A stretch of 59,239 bases of DNA from contig CAZMOW010000006.1 in assembly GCA_964567975.1 (NCBI GenBank), positions 1-59,239 of the forward strand. The letters are read 5' to 3'. Numbering within the stretch: the stretch's first letter is position 1; each line of letters starts with the position of its first letter. Below the pieces are notes generated by a model. That model saw only the letters and a list, made by a program, of their open reading frames with translations, had not been told where the DNA came from and made no database searches. Positions 1-10,353 of the stretch are shown here, piece after piece. Both the position numbers and the translations under genes were made by a program. Source of the DNA: an uncultured Anaerolineales bacterium (GTDB lineage: Bacteria > Chloroflexota > Anaerolineae > UBA1429).

Positions 1-1230
1 GAGACCACGCCGGCGGCCGGGGCGACCATCACCTCGCTGGAAGCGGAGAAATCTCAACTGGCCACCAGAGTGGCCCACCACGAGTCCCGCCTGGGACGGC
101 TGGTCTACATCCAGGGGGGCGACATCTGGGCCAGGGCGTTGCCCGACGGGGAGCCACAGCGCCTGACTACGGACGGACACAACAGCGAGCCGCGATGGTC
201 GCCCTCTGGCCAGTGGCTGGCATTCCGCCGGGGCGATTACCACCGCGTCTGGATCATGCGAGCGGATGGCGAAATCTCCCGCCAGGCAAACCAAGGGCGC
301 CCCGTGGGGGCCTTTGCCTGGTCACCGACGGAGGATCATCTGGCCTAGGTCGATGCTTCTAATGGTACACTGTGCGTGCAGGGCACGGACGCCGCCCTGC
401 CGGATACGCTGGTGCAGGATGTGTGGAGCGACTCGTCGACACCCCTTCCTGAGAAAAAACGCAGCGTCGCGGAGATCGCCTGGAGCTCCGACCGTGTCCG
501 CATCGCCTACACTTTGAGCATCCACGGCAGGCGCAGGACACCGCCCCGCCGAGTTACCAGGGGTTGTGGGTCGTTCTCGCAGGAGGCGGCGAGCCCAGGG
601 AGCTCTACGTCAGTGGGGTGCCGCAGCGAGGGACGGTTCATCTTTGTGGCTGGACGGCGGACGGCGAGCACGTTCTGTTCTGGCAGGGCGAGACGCTCTC
701 GGCCTCGATGCTGGCCGACGGCGTATCCCTTTACGCCCTGCCCGCGGACGGGGGCGAGCCGATACAGTTGGCCGATGCCGTTCTCTTGCACCAAGACTTT
801 GTGTCGCCGTTCCCCGCCGGCTTCCGCGTCGCCGTCGTCGCGGGCGCTGGGCGGACGACGTGGACGATTAAACGCCTCGCGGTCGTGCAGCCTGAGAGTG
901 AAGCGATCCCTTATCTCACCTCCAAGGACGTGGCCGCCGTCTCCCCCGCGTGGTCTCCGGATGGCACCCGGCTGGTTTAATCGGCCATGCCCGATCAGAC
1001 AGATGTGGTCGGGGGCGAGGCGGCCCGCGAGGCGATGATGGCTCGCAGGCTCTGGATGATCGATGCCGATGGCGGGGAGCCTGAGCAACTGACCGACGAT
1101 CCCGGGTATCGCGATGAGCGTCCCCTGTGGTCGGCCGACGGCTCGCACCTTCTTTTCGCTCGCTTTGACGCCGAGAATCGTGCCTCGCTGTGGCTTATAT
1201 CCCTGGAGACTGGGGAACCGCAGCGGATGA
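1..1230 (+). pseudogene. Disrupted TolB-like/PD40-repeat beta-propeller protein (5' end outside the window)
   Basis: Repeated PD40-type motifs (PRWSPSGQWLAF, FAWSPTEDHLA, PAWSPDGTRLV, PLWSADGSHLLF) are spread over ORFs 70-348, 376-~515, 564-980 and 987-. There is an in-frame TAG at 346-348, a frameshift at ~510-555 and an in-frame TAA at 978-980. Confidence 0.8.
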
Positions 1231-1484
1231 TGGACGTGATAGCCGACGAGGAGCTACAGCGCGTGGCCGTCGTCTCTCATGCCGGCCCCATAAACGTCAT
1301 GCTGCGTCAGTTTCTGGGCGGGGGCGTGGTTCGCCTGCGTACCTGCTGGTTCGAACTGGATTGGGCCTCCACCAGTTGCCTGCGCTCTACACCGGAGGGA
1401 AAATGGGTGCGCTGGGTGAACGATGCACGACACATCGATGCCCTTCGCCATCGTCTGTCCTTCGACGGGGATGACGCCTCGTAG
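1231..1484 (+). pseudogene. C-terminal half of a histidine phosphatase (phosphoglycerate mutase family), fused in frame to the propeller remnant
   Basis: RVAVVSHAGPINVMLRQFLG...FELDWASTSCL...WVNDARHI matches the C-terminal VVSHGG...ND..HL pattern. The N-terminal RHG motif is absent. Confidence 0.65.
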
Positions 1485-1502
1485 CCCTCTGTCTTTTTCA
1501 AT

Positions 1503-1531
1503 AAAAAAAAGGGCGTCTCTCAGAGACGCCC
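1503..1531 (-). terminator. Intrinsic terminator downstream of hflX
   Basis: GGGCGTCTC-TCA-GAGACGCCC stem followed by T8 on the minus strand. Confidence 0.85.
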
Positions 1532-1556
1532 CTTCCTGGGGCCTATATACGCGAGC

Positions 1557-2852
1557 CTAGATATTCCCCTGTACCATGCCTTTGATGCGCTTGGGCAGTT
1601 TGCCCCGCACGTGGATGCCGTCCTGGGTATAGTCCTCCTGCTCGATGAGGCCCTGCTTGTGCCACAGGTCCAGCAGGTTGCTCACCTTGTAGGGGATGAC
1701 CAGGTCCGCGTCCTCCATCTCCTCCAACAGCATCTCCTCCAGGGTGGCCAGCAGGTCCTCGATCCCCACTCCCTGCTGTGCCGAGATGGGGATCACGTGC
1801 CTGTACTGCCTTTGTAGTTCCCCCACAGGACTATTCTGCATGGCGAGCGGATGTTTTTCATCGTCCAGCACCACTTCTGGATCGATGAGGTCGATCTTGT
1901 TCAGAGCGATGACCTTGGCTTTTTCGTAGGCGTCTATTTCTGTCAAGACCTCGTTCACGGCCTCCACTTTCTGGAGTAGATTTCGATCCTGGACGTCGAC
2001 GACGTGCACGAGGATATCCGCCTCGTGAACTTCCTCCAGGGTGGCGTGAAAGGCGGCCACGAGCTGAGTGGGAAGTTTCTGGATGAATCCCACGGTGTCA
2101 GTAAACAGAATTTCCTTGCCACTGGGAAGTTCCACTTTGCGCGTGGTGGGGTCCAGGGTGGCAAAGAGCTTGTCCTCCACGAGCACATCGGCATCCGCCA
2201 GACGATTCAATAGGGTGGACTTGCCCGCGTTGGTATAGCCCACGATGGCCGCTACGGGCAGGCCTCGCAGTCGGCGGCGGCTTCTACGCAGATCGCGCTG
2301 CTTGCGCACCTCCTCGATCTCTTTCTTCAGCCGTGTCATGCGTCGTCTGATATCCCGCTGGTCGGACTCGAGCTGGGTCTCGCCGGGCCCTCGCAATCCT
2401 ACGCCGCCCACAGCCTGCCTGGAGAGGTGGGTCCACCGCCGCGTGAGACGGGGCAGCCGATAGACGTACTGGGCAAGTTCGACCTGCAGGGCACCCTCTT
2501 TGGTATTGGCGTGCATGGCAAAGATGTCGAGGATGAGGGCCGTACGGTCCAGGACGTTGGTATCAAAGATCTCTTCCAGGTTGCGCAGTTGTGCCGCCGA
2601 TAACTCGTTGTCAAATACGACCACATCGAACCCCAGTTCTCTCTTGAGATCCTTGATCTCTTTTGCTTTCCCCGTGCCGATATAGGTGGCGGGATTGATG
2701 CTGTGCAGGTTCTGGGATGTGCGGCCCACCACCTTCAGTCCTGCTGTGTAGGCAAGTTGCTCCAACTCGTCCAGGGATTCATCCAGGGTGAATAAGGATT
2801 GCTCTCCCCTGACCTGGACCCCGACGAGAAAGGCGTGCTCGGGGTGCTCTAT
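1557..2852 (-). CDS. hflX: GTPase HflX (start uncertain; the ORF track starts at TTG 2765)
   Basis: GYTNAGKS, DKLFATLD, DTVGF and NKID motifs plus RGPGETQLE. The frame continues upstream with HAFLVGV...SLDEL. Confidence 0.95.
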   Translation of the reverse strand: MEHPEHAFLVGVQVRGEQSLFTLDESLDELEQLAYTAGLKVVGRTSQNLHSINPATYIGTGKAKEIKDLKRELGFDVVVFDNELSAAQLRNLEEIFDTNVLDRTALILDIFAMHANTKEGALQVELAQYVYRLPRLTRRWTHLSRQAVGGVGLRGPGETQLESDQRDIRRRMTRLKKEIEEVRKQRDLRRSRRRLRGLPVAAIVGYTNAGKSTLLNRLADADVLVEDKLFATLDPTTRKVELPSGKEILFTDTVGFIQKLPTQLVAAFHATLEEVHEADILVHVVDVQDRNLLQKVEAVNEVLTEIDAYEKAKVIALNKIDLIDPEVVLDDEKHPLAMQNSPVGELQRQYRHVIPISAQQGVGIEDLLATLEEMLLEEMEDADLVIPYKVSNLLDLWHKQGLIEQEDYTQDGIHVRGKLPKRIKGMVQGNI

Positions 2853-2884
2853 GAGACCACCCTCATGCTCTCCCGCGATAGCTC

Positions 2885-4039
2885 TTATATGTCTGATAAT
2901 CTCTCTCCTGCCTCTCTAAGGCGTTCTTCCGTCACACATAGCGAGATGCGCATATAGCCATCTCCATGCTTACCAAAGGCCGTTCCCGGTGTGATCCAGA
3001 CGCCCGCCTCCTCCAACAGCGTGATGGCAAAGTCGTCACAGTTTGTATTCTCTGGAACTTTGGCCCACACATAAAGTCCGCCCTTGGGCGTCTGCGCGCT
3101 CATGCCTATGCTGGGCAGCCACTCGAGGATGATGTCACGGCGGCGCTGGTAGACCATATTGCGTTCCTCGGTCCAGCTCTGGTCACTCGTGAGGGCCACG
3201 GCCGCCGCATCCTGGATGGGCCGAAAGATCCCGGAATCGATATTGGTCTTTACCGTGGTCAGGGCGCCGATGGCCTCGGCGTTGCCCACGGCCATACCCA
3301 CGCGCCAGCCGGCCATATTATACGTCTTGGAGAGCGAGTTAAACTCCACCGTCACATCTTTGGCGCCGGGAATCTCCAGGACGCTGGGTGCCTTGTAGCC
3401 GTCGAAGGTCAGATCGCAGTAGGGATTGTCGTAACAGAGGACGATATCGTGCTCCTCGGCAAAATCGACGGCCTCGCGCAAAAAGTCCTCGGTGGCCACG
3501 GCTCCCGTGGGGTTGTTAGGATAGTTGAGCCACAGGATCGTGCTCTTGGCTGCCACATCGGAGGGTATCTTTCCAAAGTCCACGAGGTAGTCGTTTTCCT
3601 CCAGTAGGGGCATGGTGTAATAGTCGCCATCGGCCAGTACGGCACCCATACGGTAGGTGGGATAGCCGGGAACGGGGGCCAAAGCCAGGTCGTCCGGATC
3701 GACAAAGGCGAGGGCCATATTGGCCAGCCCCTCCTTGGAACCTATGAGGGGACGGATCTCTGTCTCGGGGTCCACCTCGACGTTGAAGCGTTCCTTATAA
3801 TAAGTTGCTATAGCCTGCCGCAGATCGGGCGTTCCATAATAGCCTGCGTAACCGTGGGTATCGGGGCGCGCGGCGGAGCGGCATAGCGCCTCGACGATGA
3901 AATCTGGGGGGGGCAGATCGGGGCTGCCGATGCCCAGGTTGATGACATCGACCCCCTTGGCCTCCTGGGCGGCGATCTTTTTTTCCACGGTGGCAAATAC
4001 ATAAGGTGGAAGATTATTGATGCGGTCGGCGATTTTCAC
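2885..4039 (-). CDS. dapL: LL-diaminopimelate aminotransferase-like class I/II PLP aminotransferase
   Basis: LPPYVFA, GSKEG, NYPNNPTG, SLSKTYNMAGWRVG, KTNIDSG. Confidence 0.8.
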   Translation of the reverse strand: MKIADRINNLPPYVFATVEKKIAAQEAKGVDVINLGIGSPDLPPPDFIVEALCRSAARPDTHGYAGYYGTPDLRQAIATYYKERFNVEVDPETEIRPLIGSKEGLANMALAFVDPDDLALAPVPGYPTYRMGAVLADGDYYTMPLLEENDYLVDFGKIPSDVAAKSTILWLNYPNNPTGAVATEDFLREAVDFAEEHDIVLCYDNPYCDLTFDGYKAPSVLEIPGAKDVTVEFNSLSKTYNMAGWRVGMAVGNAEAIGALTTVKTNIDSGIFRPIQDAAAVALTSDQSWTEERNMVYQRRRDIILEWLPSIGMSAQTPKGGLYVWAKVPENTNCDDFAITLLEEAGVWITPGTAFGKHGDGYMRISLCVTEERLREAGERLSDI

Positions 4040-4048
4040 GTTGCCCTC

Positions 4049-4948
4049 CTATTCCTGTGCTCTATGGGTCTCAAAAGAACTCCTAAGGGGCTCGCCTTCG
4101 AGCAGCGTTTCCATAACATCCCCCACACGCTGTAGACTATCTACACTGATCTTGTCTACTGTATCGTGGCCAGTGTGCCAATATGGATAATCCAGGTCTA
4201 TCAAAATGGCAGCCGGTATACCTGTCGTCAAAAAGGGTGTATGATCGCCAACGACGTGGTGCTGATGCTGGGGGACAAAATGTGCCTGATACCCCAGCTC
4301 CCCTGCAATGCCCCATACCTTCTCCTGCAGCCATAACGTCGATGACCACTCATAGTATATTCGCTGATCGTCATCGCCCACCATATCTATGATGAGTGCA
4401 TATTCTGGTCTGGCGTTCAAGCTTTGGGCCATGTGACGCGAGCCGACGCAGCAGGGCCATCCTTCGATATTTCCTCTGGTCTTGCCGTCGAAAAAGACCA
4501 ACCAGATCTCGACCTGTTCCGTGGCCGGAGCGTCCAGCACCCGTGCAAGTTCCAGCAGTATGGCCGGGCCGCTTCCCCCATCGTTGGCTCCTATCACGGG
4601 TTGAGAGCGATCTGATGGATCCCTGTCGGCCAAGGGGCGGGTATCGAAATGGGCCCCCAAAAGGATGACGGGACCTTCTCCCCGCTTTCCCACGACATTG
4701 CGCAGGGATTCCCCTCGATACACAAACTCTTGTACCGCGATTTCCCAGCCATTGTTCTCCAACGTCTCGGCGATGTAGCGTGACGCCTGGAGATTGGCCT
4801 CGCTGCCCACCGGACGGGGGCCCAGGGCGCACAGCTTTTTCACGTGCTTGAGGGCGCGCTCGCCGTCAAAGCGCTTTTCCCCCGAACTGCACTGTATATT
4901 GAGTATAAGGAGCAGCAGTGCCAACGACACAAAGACCAGGCGCTTCAT
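4049..4948 (-). CDS. M28 family peptidase/glutaminyl cyclase-like exported protein, with a degenerate catalytic motif
   Basis: N-terminal signal followed by Cys; GAHFDTR, GANDGGSG, DMVGD, DHTPF, WHT..DT. Confidence 0.85.
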   Translation of the reverse strand: MKRLVFVSLALLLLILNIQCSSGEKRFDGERALKHVKKLCALGPRPVGSEANLQASRYIAETLENNGWEIAVQEFVYRGESLRNVVGKRGEGPVILLGAHFDTRPLADRDPSDRSQPVIGANDGGSGPAILLELARVLDAPATEQVEIWLVFFDGKTRGNIEGWPCCVGSRHMAQSLNARPEYALIIDMVGDDDQRIYYEWSSTLWLQEKVWGIAGELGYQAHFVPQHQHHVVGDHTPFLTTGIPAAILIDLDYPYWHTGHDTVDKISVDSLQRVGDVMETLLEGEPLRSSFETHRAQE

Positions 4949-4959
4949 CGCCGGCCCCT

Positions 4960-6327
4960 CTAGTCCGTTTCTCCAAGATCTTGCATGACTATGATGTCGT
5001 CCAGTACCTTTTTCTCGGCCATAAAGTGCGCCACTTCCCGCTGCGACCTGTCGGCGCGCGCCGCATAGCGTTCCCGTTTGTTGCGAATGCGCTCCGGCAG
5101 GGGGGTCAGCAGTCCCATGTTGGGCTTCATGGGCTGAAAGCTCTCCTCTTCAGACCGCGACACGTAATTGAGCAGGGCACCAAGCATGGTCGTGCCTGGG
5201 AACACCAACTCCTCGTCACCTCGCAGAGCGCGCGCGGCATTGAGGCCAGCGACCAGACCGCTGGCCGTGGAGGCCACGTATCCCTCTGTGCCCGTTATCT
5301 GTCCCGCGAAATAGAGGTTCTCTCGCTCGCGCCAGTGCATGGTGGGTTCCAGGAACGCAGGGGCGTTGATGTACGTGTTCCTGTGCATCTGCCCGAAACG
5401 CACCCAATGGGCGTTCTCCAGGCCCGGAATGAGGGAGAAGACGCGTTCTTGCTCCGACCATTTCAGGTTTGTCTGAAAGCCCACCAGATTGTACAGGGTT
5501 CCCGCCAGGTTGTCCTGGCGAAGTTGAACGACGGCGTACGGGCGCTCGCCCGTCTCTGGGATCTCCAAACCGACCGGTCGTAGGGGGCCAAAGGCCAGGG
5601 TCTTGTGGCCGCGGGCGGCCATCTCCTCGATGGGGAGGCAGGCCTCAAAGAAATGTGGATCCTCCCGCTCAAAATCATGTAGGGCGATGGTCTCCGCGTT
5701 GACCAGCGCTTCTACAAAGCGATCGTATTCGGCCTTGGTCATGGGGCAATTGATATAGTCCGCCTCCTCTGCCTCGTAGCGGGAAGCGCGGAAGGTCTTG
5801 CTCTGATCGATGGATTCGCGGGTTACGATAGGGGCCATGGCATCGTAAAAGTAGAGATGCTCCCGACCGGTCAGCGCGGCGATCTCGTCTGCCAGCGCAT
5901 CGGAGGTGAGGGGGCCGGTGGCCACGATGGTGGGCGTTTCTTTTGGAATGTGGCGCATCTCCCGACGGATCAGCTCGATGTTCGGGTGCCCCTCGATGGC
6001 CTCGGTGACCATCTGGGCAAAGGCCTCGCGCCCCACGGCCAGGGCGCCGCCGGCGGGGACGGCACATGCTGTGGCGCAGCGCAAGATGAGGGAATTGAGC
6101 CTTCGCAGCTCTCTTTTGAGCAGGCCGAGGGCTCGATCCGGGCGCTCAGAACCCAGGGAATTGCTGCATACCAGCTCGGCCAGCCACTCCGTTTGATGTG
6201 CAGGGGTGCTCGCTCGGGGGCGCATCTCGAAGAGGTGGACTCTGATTCCACGGGAGGCCGCCTGCCATGCCCCTTCGCTTCCGGCCAGTCCCCCACCGAT
6301 GATGATCAATGAAGATTCGTCTCTCAT
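4960..6327 (-). CDS. trmFO: tRNA (uracil-5-)-methyltransferase, folate/FAD-dependent
   Basis: [34 protein letters not shown]. The ATG at 6327 was chosen just before the Rossmann motif. Confidence 0.95.
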   Translation of the reverse strand: MRDESSLIIIGGGLAGSEGAWQAASRGIRVHLFEMRPRASTPAHQTEWLAELVCSNSLGSERPDRALGLLKRELRRLNSLILRCATACAVPAGGALAVGREAFAQMVTEAIEGHPNIELIRREMRHIPKETPTIVATGPLTSDALADEIAALTGREHLYFYDAMAPIVTRESIDQSKTFRASRYEAEEADYINCPMTKAEYDRFVEALVNAETIALHDFEREDPHFFEACLPIEEMAARGHKTLAFGPLRPVGLEIPETGERPYAVVQLRQDNLAGTLYNLVGFQTNLKWSEQERVFSLIPGLENAHWVRFGQMHRNTYINAPAFLEPTMHWRERENLYFAGQITGTEGYVASTASGLVAGLNAARALRGDEELVFPGTTMLGALLNYVSRSEEESFQPMKPNMGLLTPLPERIRNKRERYAARADRSQREVAHFMAEKKVLDDIIVMQDLGETD

Positions 6328-6430
6328 GTGCCGCCGATAAAGCTCCAAACACCCTACCAAGATGATAACATAGGTATCCCCTGTGGGCAATTATGCCCAC
6401 AGGGGAGTATGGCGATATTCTGGGGAGCCT

Positions 6431-8497
6431 TTACGCCACCTGGGTGACCAGTTCCTCGCGCGTGTCCTCGCTCACCTGCTGATAGTGGGAGAATTGCATG
6501 GTAAAGGTCCCTCTTCCCTGGGTGACGGAGCGCAGCGCCGTGGCGTAACCGAACATCTCTGCCAGGGGCACGTATGCCCTAACCCTCTGCATGCCCGTAG
6601 AACGGGGTTCGATGCCCTTTACATCTGCCGCTCGCCTGCTCAGGTCGCTGATCACATCGCCAGTGTACTCTTGAGGAGCGATGACTTCCACTTCCATGAC
6701 GGGTTCCAGGAGAATGGGATTCGCGCTTTTCAGGCCATCCCGAAGGGCCATGGCTCCGGCCGTCTCAAAGGCCTGCTCCGAGGAATCGACTTCGTGGTAC
6801 TTGCCGTCCACTAATGTCGCTTTGATGTCCACCACGGGTTGCTTGGCCAGGGGCCCCTCCTCCATGGCGGATATGATGCCCTTTTCCACAGCGGGAATAA
6901 AGTCCTTGGGAACGGCGCCGCCCCTTATCTCGTCTTCGAAGACGAATCCGCTGCCCGCTTCCAGGGGCTCGAGATCCACGACTACCACGGCGTACTGGCC
7001 GTGGCCGCCGGACTGCTTGATGAGTCGGCCCTCGACGCGGACGGAACGGGTGATAGTCTCCGTATAGGCGACTTTGGGGGCTCCTGTTTCCACATTCACG
7101 TTAAACTCCCGCTTTAGGCGCTCGACGATCACTTCCAGGTGGAGTTCCCCCATACCCGCCAGGATTGTCTCCCCCGTGTCCGCATCATGATGGACATAGA
7201 GGGTGGGATCCTCATCGCAGAGGCTGCGCAGGGCTTTGCCCAATTTTTTCTGATCGACGCTGGTTTTGGGATGCAACGCCAGCTTGATGACCGGCGTGGG
7301 AAAGGTGATCTGCTCCAGTAACACGGGTTGATCCGTATCACAGAGCGTGTGACCCGTTCTGGCGGATTTGAATCCCAGGATTGCGCCGATGTCGCCCGCT
7401 TTTAGCTCTTCTACCTCCTCACGCTCATCGGCGTGCATGCGAACCAGGCGGCCGACGCGCTCGCTGGTGTGTTCCATGGCGTTCAATACGGTCATCCCGC
7501 GGCGCATGACTCCAGAATAGACGCGGATAAACGAAAGTTTACCCACATAAGGATCGGTGCTGATCTTGAAAATAAGGGCGGCAAGGGATTCCTCGTCGGT
7601 GGGATCGCATACAAATGCCTCGTCATCCTCTGTATAGCCCACCATGGGGTCCACATCGAGGGGCGAGGGAAGGTAGTGCACGATCGTGTCCAACAGAGGC
7701 TGTATGCCGATGTTGTGCAATCCGGATCCGCATAATACAGGAACGGCCAGATTTTCGCAGGTGACCCTGCGCAGGGCCTCCATGATCGTCTCGTGATCCA
7801 GTGTTTCCTCTTCGAGGTAGGCCCAGGCGAAATCGTCGTCCACGTCGGCGATGGCCTCGAGCATCTTGTCCCGCTTCTCTTCTGCTTCGGCCCGCATTCC
7901 TTCCGGGATGTCCTGGATCGTCGGCTCCAGGCTCGCATCCTCGAACAGGAGCGCTTTCATGGTGATGAGGTCTACGACCCCGCGAAAATCGTTCTCCCGC
8001 CCTATGGGGATCTGCATCACCACGGGATGGGCCTTGAGCCGTTCGCGTATCATCTCCGCGGTGCGGTCGAGATCGGCGCCGGGCCGATCCATCTTGTTCA
8101 CAAAAGCGATACGCGGCACATCATAGCCGTTGGCCTGACGCCACACCGTCTCCGACTGGGGCTCGACGCCGGCCACGCCGTCAAAGACGACCACGCCGCC
8201 GTCCAGAACGCGCAGTGCGCGCTGCACCTCGGCGGTAAAGTCGATATGCCCGGGCGTGTCGATGAGGTTGACCTGATACCCCTGCCATGTGCACGTGATG
8301 GCTGCCGATTGAATGGTGATGCCCCGATCACGCTCCTGGGGCATGAAATCGGTGACGGTACTGCCCTCGTCGACGCTTCCCACCCGGTGCGTCAATCCTG
8401 TGTAAAACAGGATTCGCTCCGTGATGGTCGTTTTCCCCGCGTCTATATGTGCTATGATGCCGATATTTCTCAGTTGTCGTAGTCTTCCGTTACTCAT
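6431..8497 (-). CDS. fusA: Elongation factor G, stand-alone paralog (no rpsL/rpsG/tuf neighbours)
   Basis: [43 protein letters not shown]. Confidence 0.93.
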   Translation of the reverse strand: MSNGRLRQLRNIGIIAHIDAGKTTITERILFYTGLTHRVGSVDEGSTVTDFMPQERDRGITIQSAAITCTWQGYQVNLIDTPGHIDFTAEVQRALRVLDGGVVVFDGVAGVEPQSETVWRQANGYDVPRIAFVNKMDRPGADLDRTAEMIRERLKAHPVVMQIPIGRENDFRGVVDLITMKALLFEDASLEPTIQDIPEGMRAEAEEKRDKMLEAIADVDDDFAWAYLEEETLDHETIMEALRRVTCENLAVPVLCGSGLHNIGIQPLLDTIVHYLPSPLDVDPMVGYTEDDEAFVCDPTDEESLAALIFKISTDPYVGKLSFIRVYSGVMRRGMTVLNAMEHTSERVGRLVRMHADEREEVEELKAGDIGAILGFKSARTGHTLCDTDQPVLLEQITFPTPVIKLALHPKTSVDQKKLGKALRSLCDEDPTLYVHHDADTGETILAGMGELHLEVIVERLKREFNVNVETGAPKVAYTETITRSVRVEGRLIKQSGGHGQYAVVVVDLEPLEAGSGFVFEDEIRGGAVPKDFIPAVEKGIISAMEEGPLAKQPVVDIKATLVDGKYHEVDSSEQAFETAGAMALRDGLKSANPILLEPVMEVEVIAPQEYTGDVISDLSRRAADVKGIEPRSTGMQRVRAYVPLAEMFGYATALRSVTQGRGTFTMQFSHYQQVSEDTREELVTQVA

Positions 8498-8689
8498 TTT
8501 TATACCCGTATACTCCGTCAAGATGATCAGTGACGTCTGCGCATCGCGCTCCAATAAAAGACTCTTTCGGATGCGATTGACAGACAACAAAAGACGGTTC
8601 TGTCCAGGCATCCTGTCTTTGATGCGGACAAGCATGTCAAGACGAAACCGTCTGCTTGTGCAACTCTACAGTTCCAAACACATATTACA

Positions 8690-8718
8690 ATGCTAACATA
8701 TATTGCTCTCCTTGTCAA
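8690..8718 (-). promoter_or_regulatory. Sigma70-type promoter of fusA
   Basis: TTGACA-17 nt-TAGCAT with TGn extension. Confidence 0.7.
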
Positions 8719-8853
8719 AAAGACGCAGTCTCTTATAATTTCTCCTGTGAGAGGGCACTGCTCTGGGCGTTGATCGTGTGACTTCCATCACATCGTGGGT
8801 ACTTTTGTTCTGATACAATGTGCCTATAAACTGCTAGAGAAAGGAGCCCGGTG

Positions 8854-10032
8854 ATGCAAGTGCGAGAGATTTCTGATCGCATTAGTTGGTTGGGGGCTGT
8901 GGATTGGGGTCGGCGTCTTTTTGACTCTCTCATCCCGCTGCCCGATGGTACGAGTTATAATGCCTATCTCGTTCGTGGTAGCGAAAAGGTGGCCCTGCTC
9001 GATACCGTCGAGCCCCGCATGGCGCATGTGTTGCTATCCCAACTTGAGGGGATACAAGAGGTTGATTATCTCGTCTCCCACCATGCCGAGCAGGATCATT
9101 CGGGGCTCATCCCAAAAGTTCTTGAGATGTATCCTGAGGCCACGCTTGTGGCCTCTCCCAAAGGAAAGGGACTTCTTATTAGTCATCTGGGAATCGCTGA
9201 GGATCGCTTTCTCACTGTGGAGGACGAAGAAGAGATCTCCCTTGGCGATAGAACGTTGCGTTTTATCCATACGCCGTGGGTACACTGGCCCGAGACGATG
9301 GTGACCTATGTGCCAGAGGAGCGCATGCTTTTTTCCTGCGACTTTTTTGGCTCCCATCTGGCCACCTCCGATCTCTATGTTGAGGATGAGGGCCGGGTTT
9401 ACGAGGCTGCCAAGCGCTACTATGCGGAGATCATGATGCCTTTTCGCCGCGTCATCAGGAGGAACCTGGAAAAGCTGGAAGATTACGCTGTTGACGTCAT
9501 CGCGCCAAGCCATGGCCCCCTTTATGATCAGCCCTCGTTCATCATCGATGCCTATGGGGATTGGGTGTCGGACGAGCCAAAAAACGAGGTCGTTCTGCCC
9601 TATATCTCCATGCACGGCAGCACGCGTAAGATGGTGGAGTATCTGGTCAGCAGCCTGGTGGGAAAAGGGATCACCGTCCATCAGTTCGATCTTTCCGTGA
9701 CCGATATCGGCAAGCTGGCCATCACCCTGGTGGACGCCGCGACTATCGTCATAGGGACCCCTACGGTCCATCGTGGTCCTCATCCCAATGTGCTGTATGC
9801 CGCCTATCTGGCCAACGCACTCCGGCCCAAGGCCGCGTTCGCTTCCGTCATCGGTTCCTATGGTTGGGGGACTCGGGCGGTGGATCAGATCGCTCGTCAG
9901 ATCGGCGATCTGAAGGTGGAGATTCTCGATCCCGTCCTCTGCGAGGGGTTGCCGGACGAGGATACCTATGCGGCCCTGGACACTCTGGCCCTTACCATCG
10001 CCGAGCAGCATCGTGAGCGGGGGCTGGCTTGA
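8854..10032 (+). CDS. fprA: Flavodiiron protein (FprA family; metallo-beta-lactamase plus flavodoxin domains)
   Basis: GTSYNAYL, HAEQDHSG, VHWPETM, CDFFG, PSHG, SMHGST, SYGWG. Confidence 0.92.
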   Translation: MQVREISDRISWLGAVDWGRRLFDSLIPLPDGTSYNAYLVRGSEKVALLDTVEPRMAHVLLSQLEGIQEVDYLVSHHAEQDHSGLIPKVLEMYPEATLVASPKGKGLLISHLGIAEDRFLTVEDEEEISLGDRTLRFIHTPWVHWPETMVTYVPEERMLFSCDFFGSHLATSDLYVEDEGRVYEAAKRYYAEIMMPFRRVIRRNLEKLEDYAVDVIAPSHGPLYDQPSFIIDAYGDWVSDEPKNEVVLPYISMHGSTRKMVEYLVSSLVGKGITVHQFDLSVTDIGKLAITLVDAATIVIGTPTVHRGPHPNVLYAAYLANALRPKAAFASVIGSYGWGTRAVDQIARQIGDLKVEILDPVLCEGLPDEDTYAALDTLALTIAEQHRERGLA

Positions 10033-10353
10033 TAATTTTCCGATTGCATGATTTGGCGTGTCGAGTGTTCCTACGCTTTGGCTGAATTTGGCGGCTCGGA
10101 CAGGGGTGATAGTATAGGGCGCTGTGGGATCTACCGCGTTACAGCTTTCACCCCTCATCTCATGGCCTTTTGTGTCTTGGGTTGGCCCGCTGGCAGACCG
10201 TCCGCCCTAACAATCATCGCCGTTCCCTTTGTACACAGCCCCAAGAACGCGTAAGATAGAGTAGCAGGCCGAGGTAGGCTCCATCCCGGGATGCTGTGGC
10301 CGCTTCTGGTTCGCCAAGAGTAGAGTAAAGGCAATATCGAAAGGAGAGCGTTT

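Noticed and set aside
340-985. Stop-codon reassignment or pyrrolysine read-through in the first gene
   Set aside because: TAG and TAA terminate many intact genes in this window, and the same gene also has a frameshift.
8498-8635. 46-aa N-terminal extension of EF-G in the ORF track
   Set aside because: It has no EF-G-like character and overlaps the structured leader. ATG 8497 gives a normal N-terminus.
9034-10158. 374-aa antisense ORF over fprA, and similar long shadow ORFs over dnaK, clpC, the trp genes and rimO
   Set aside because: These lie opposite well-conserved genes and have no motifs. Such ORFs are expected from GC-rich codon bias.
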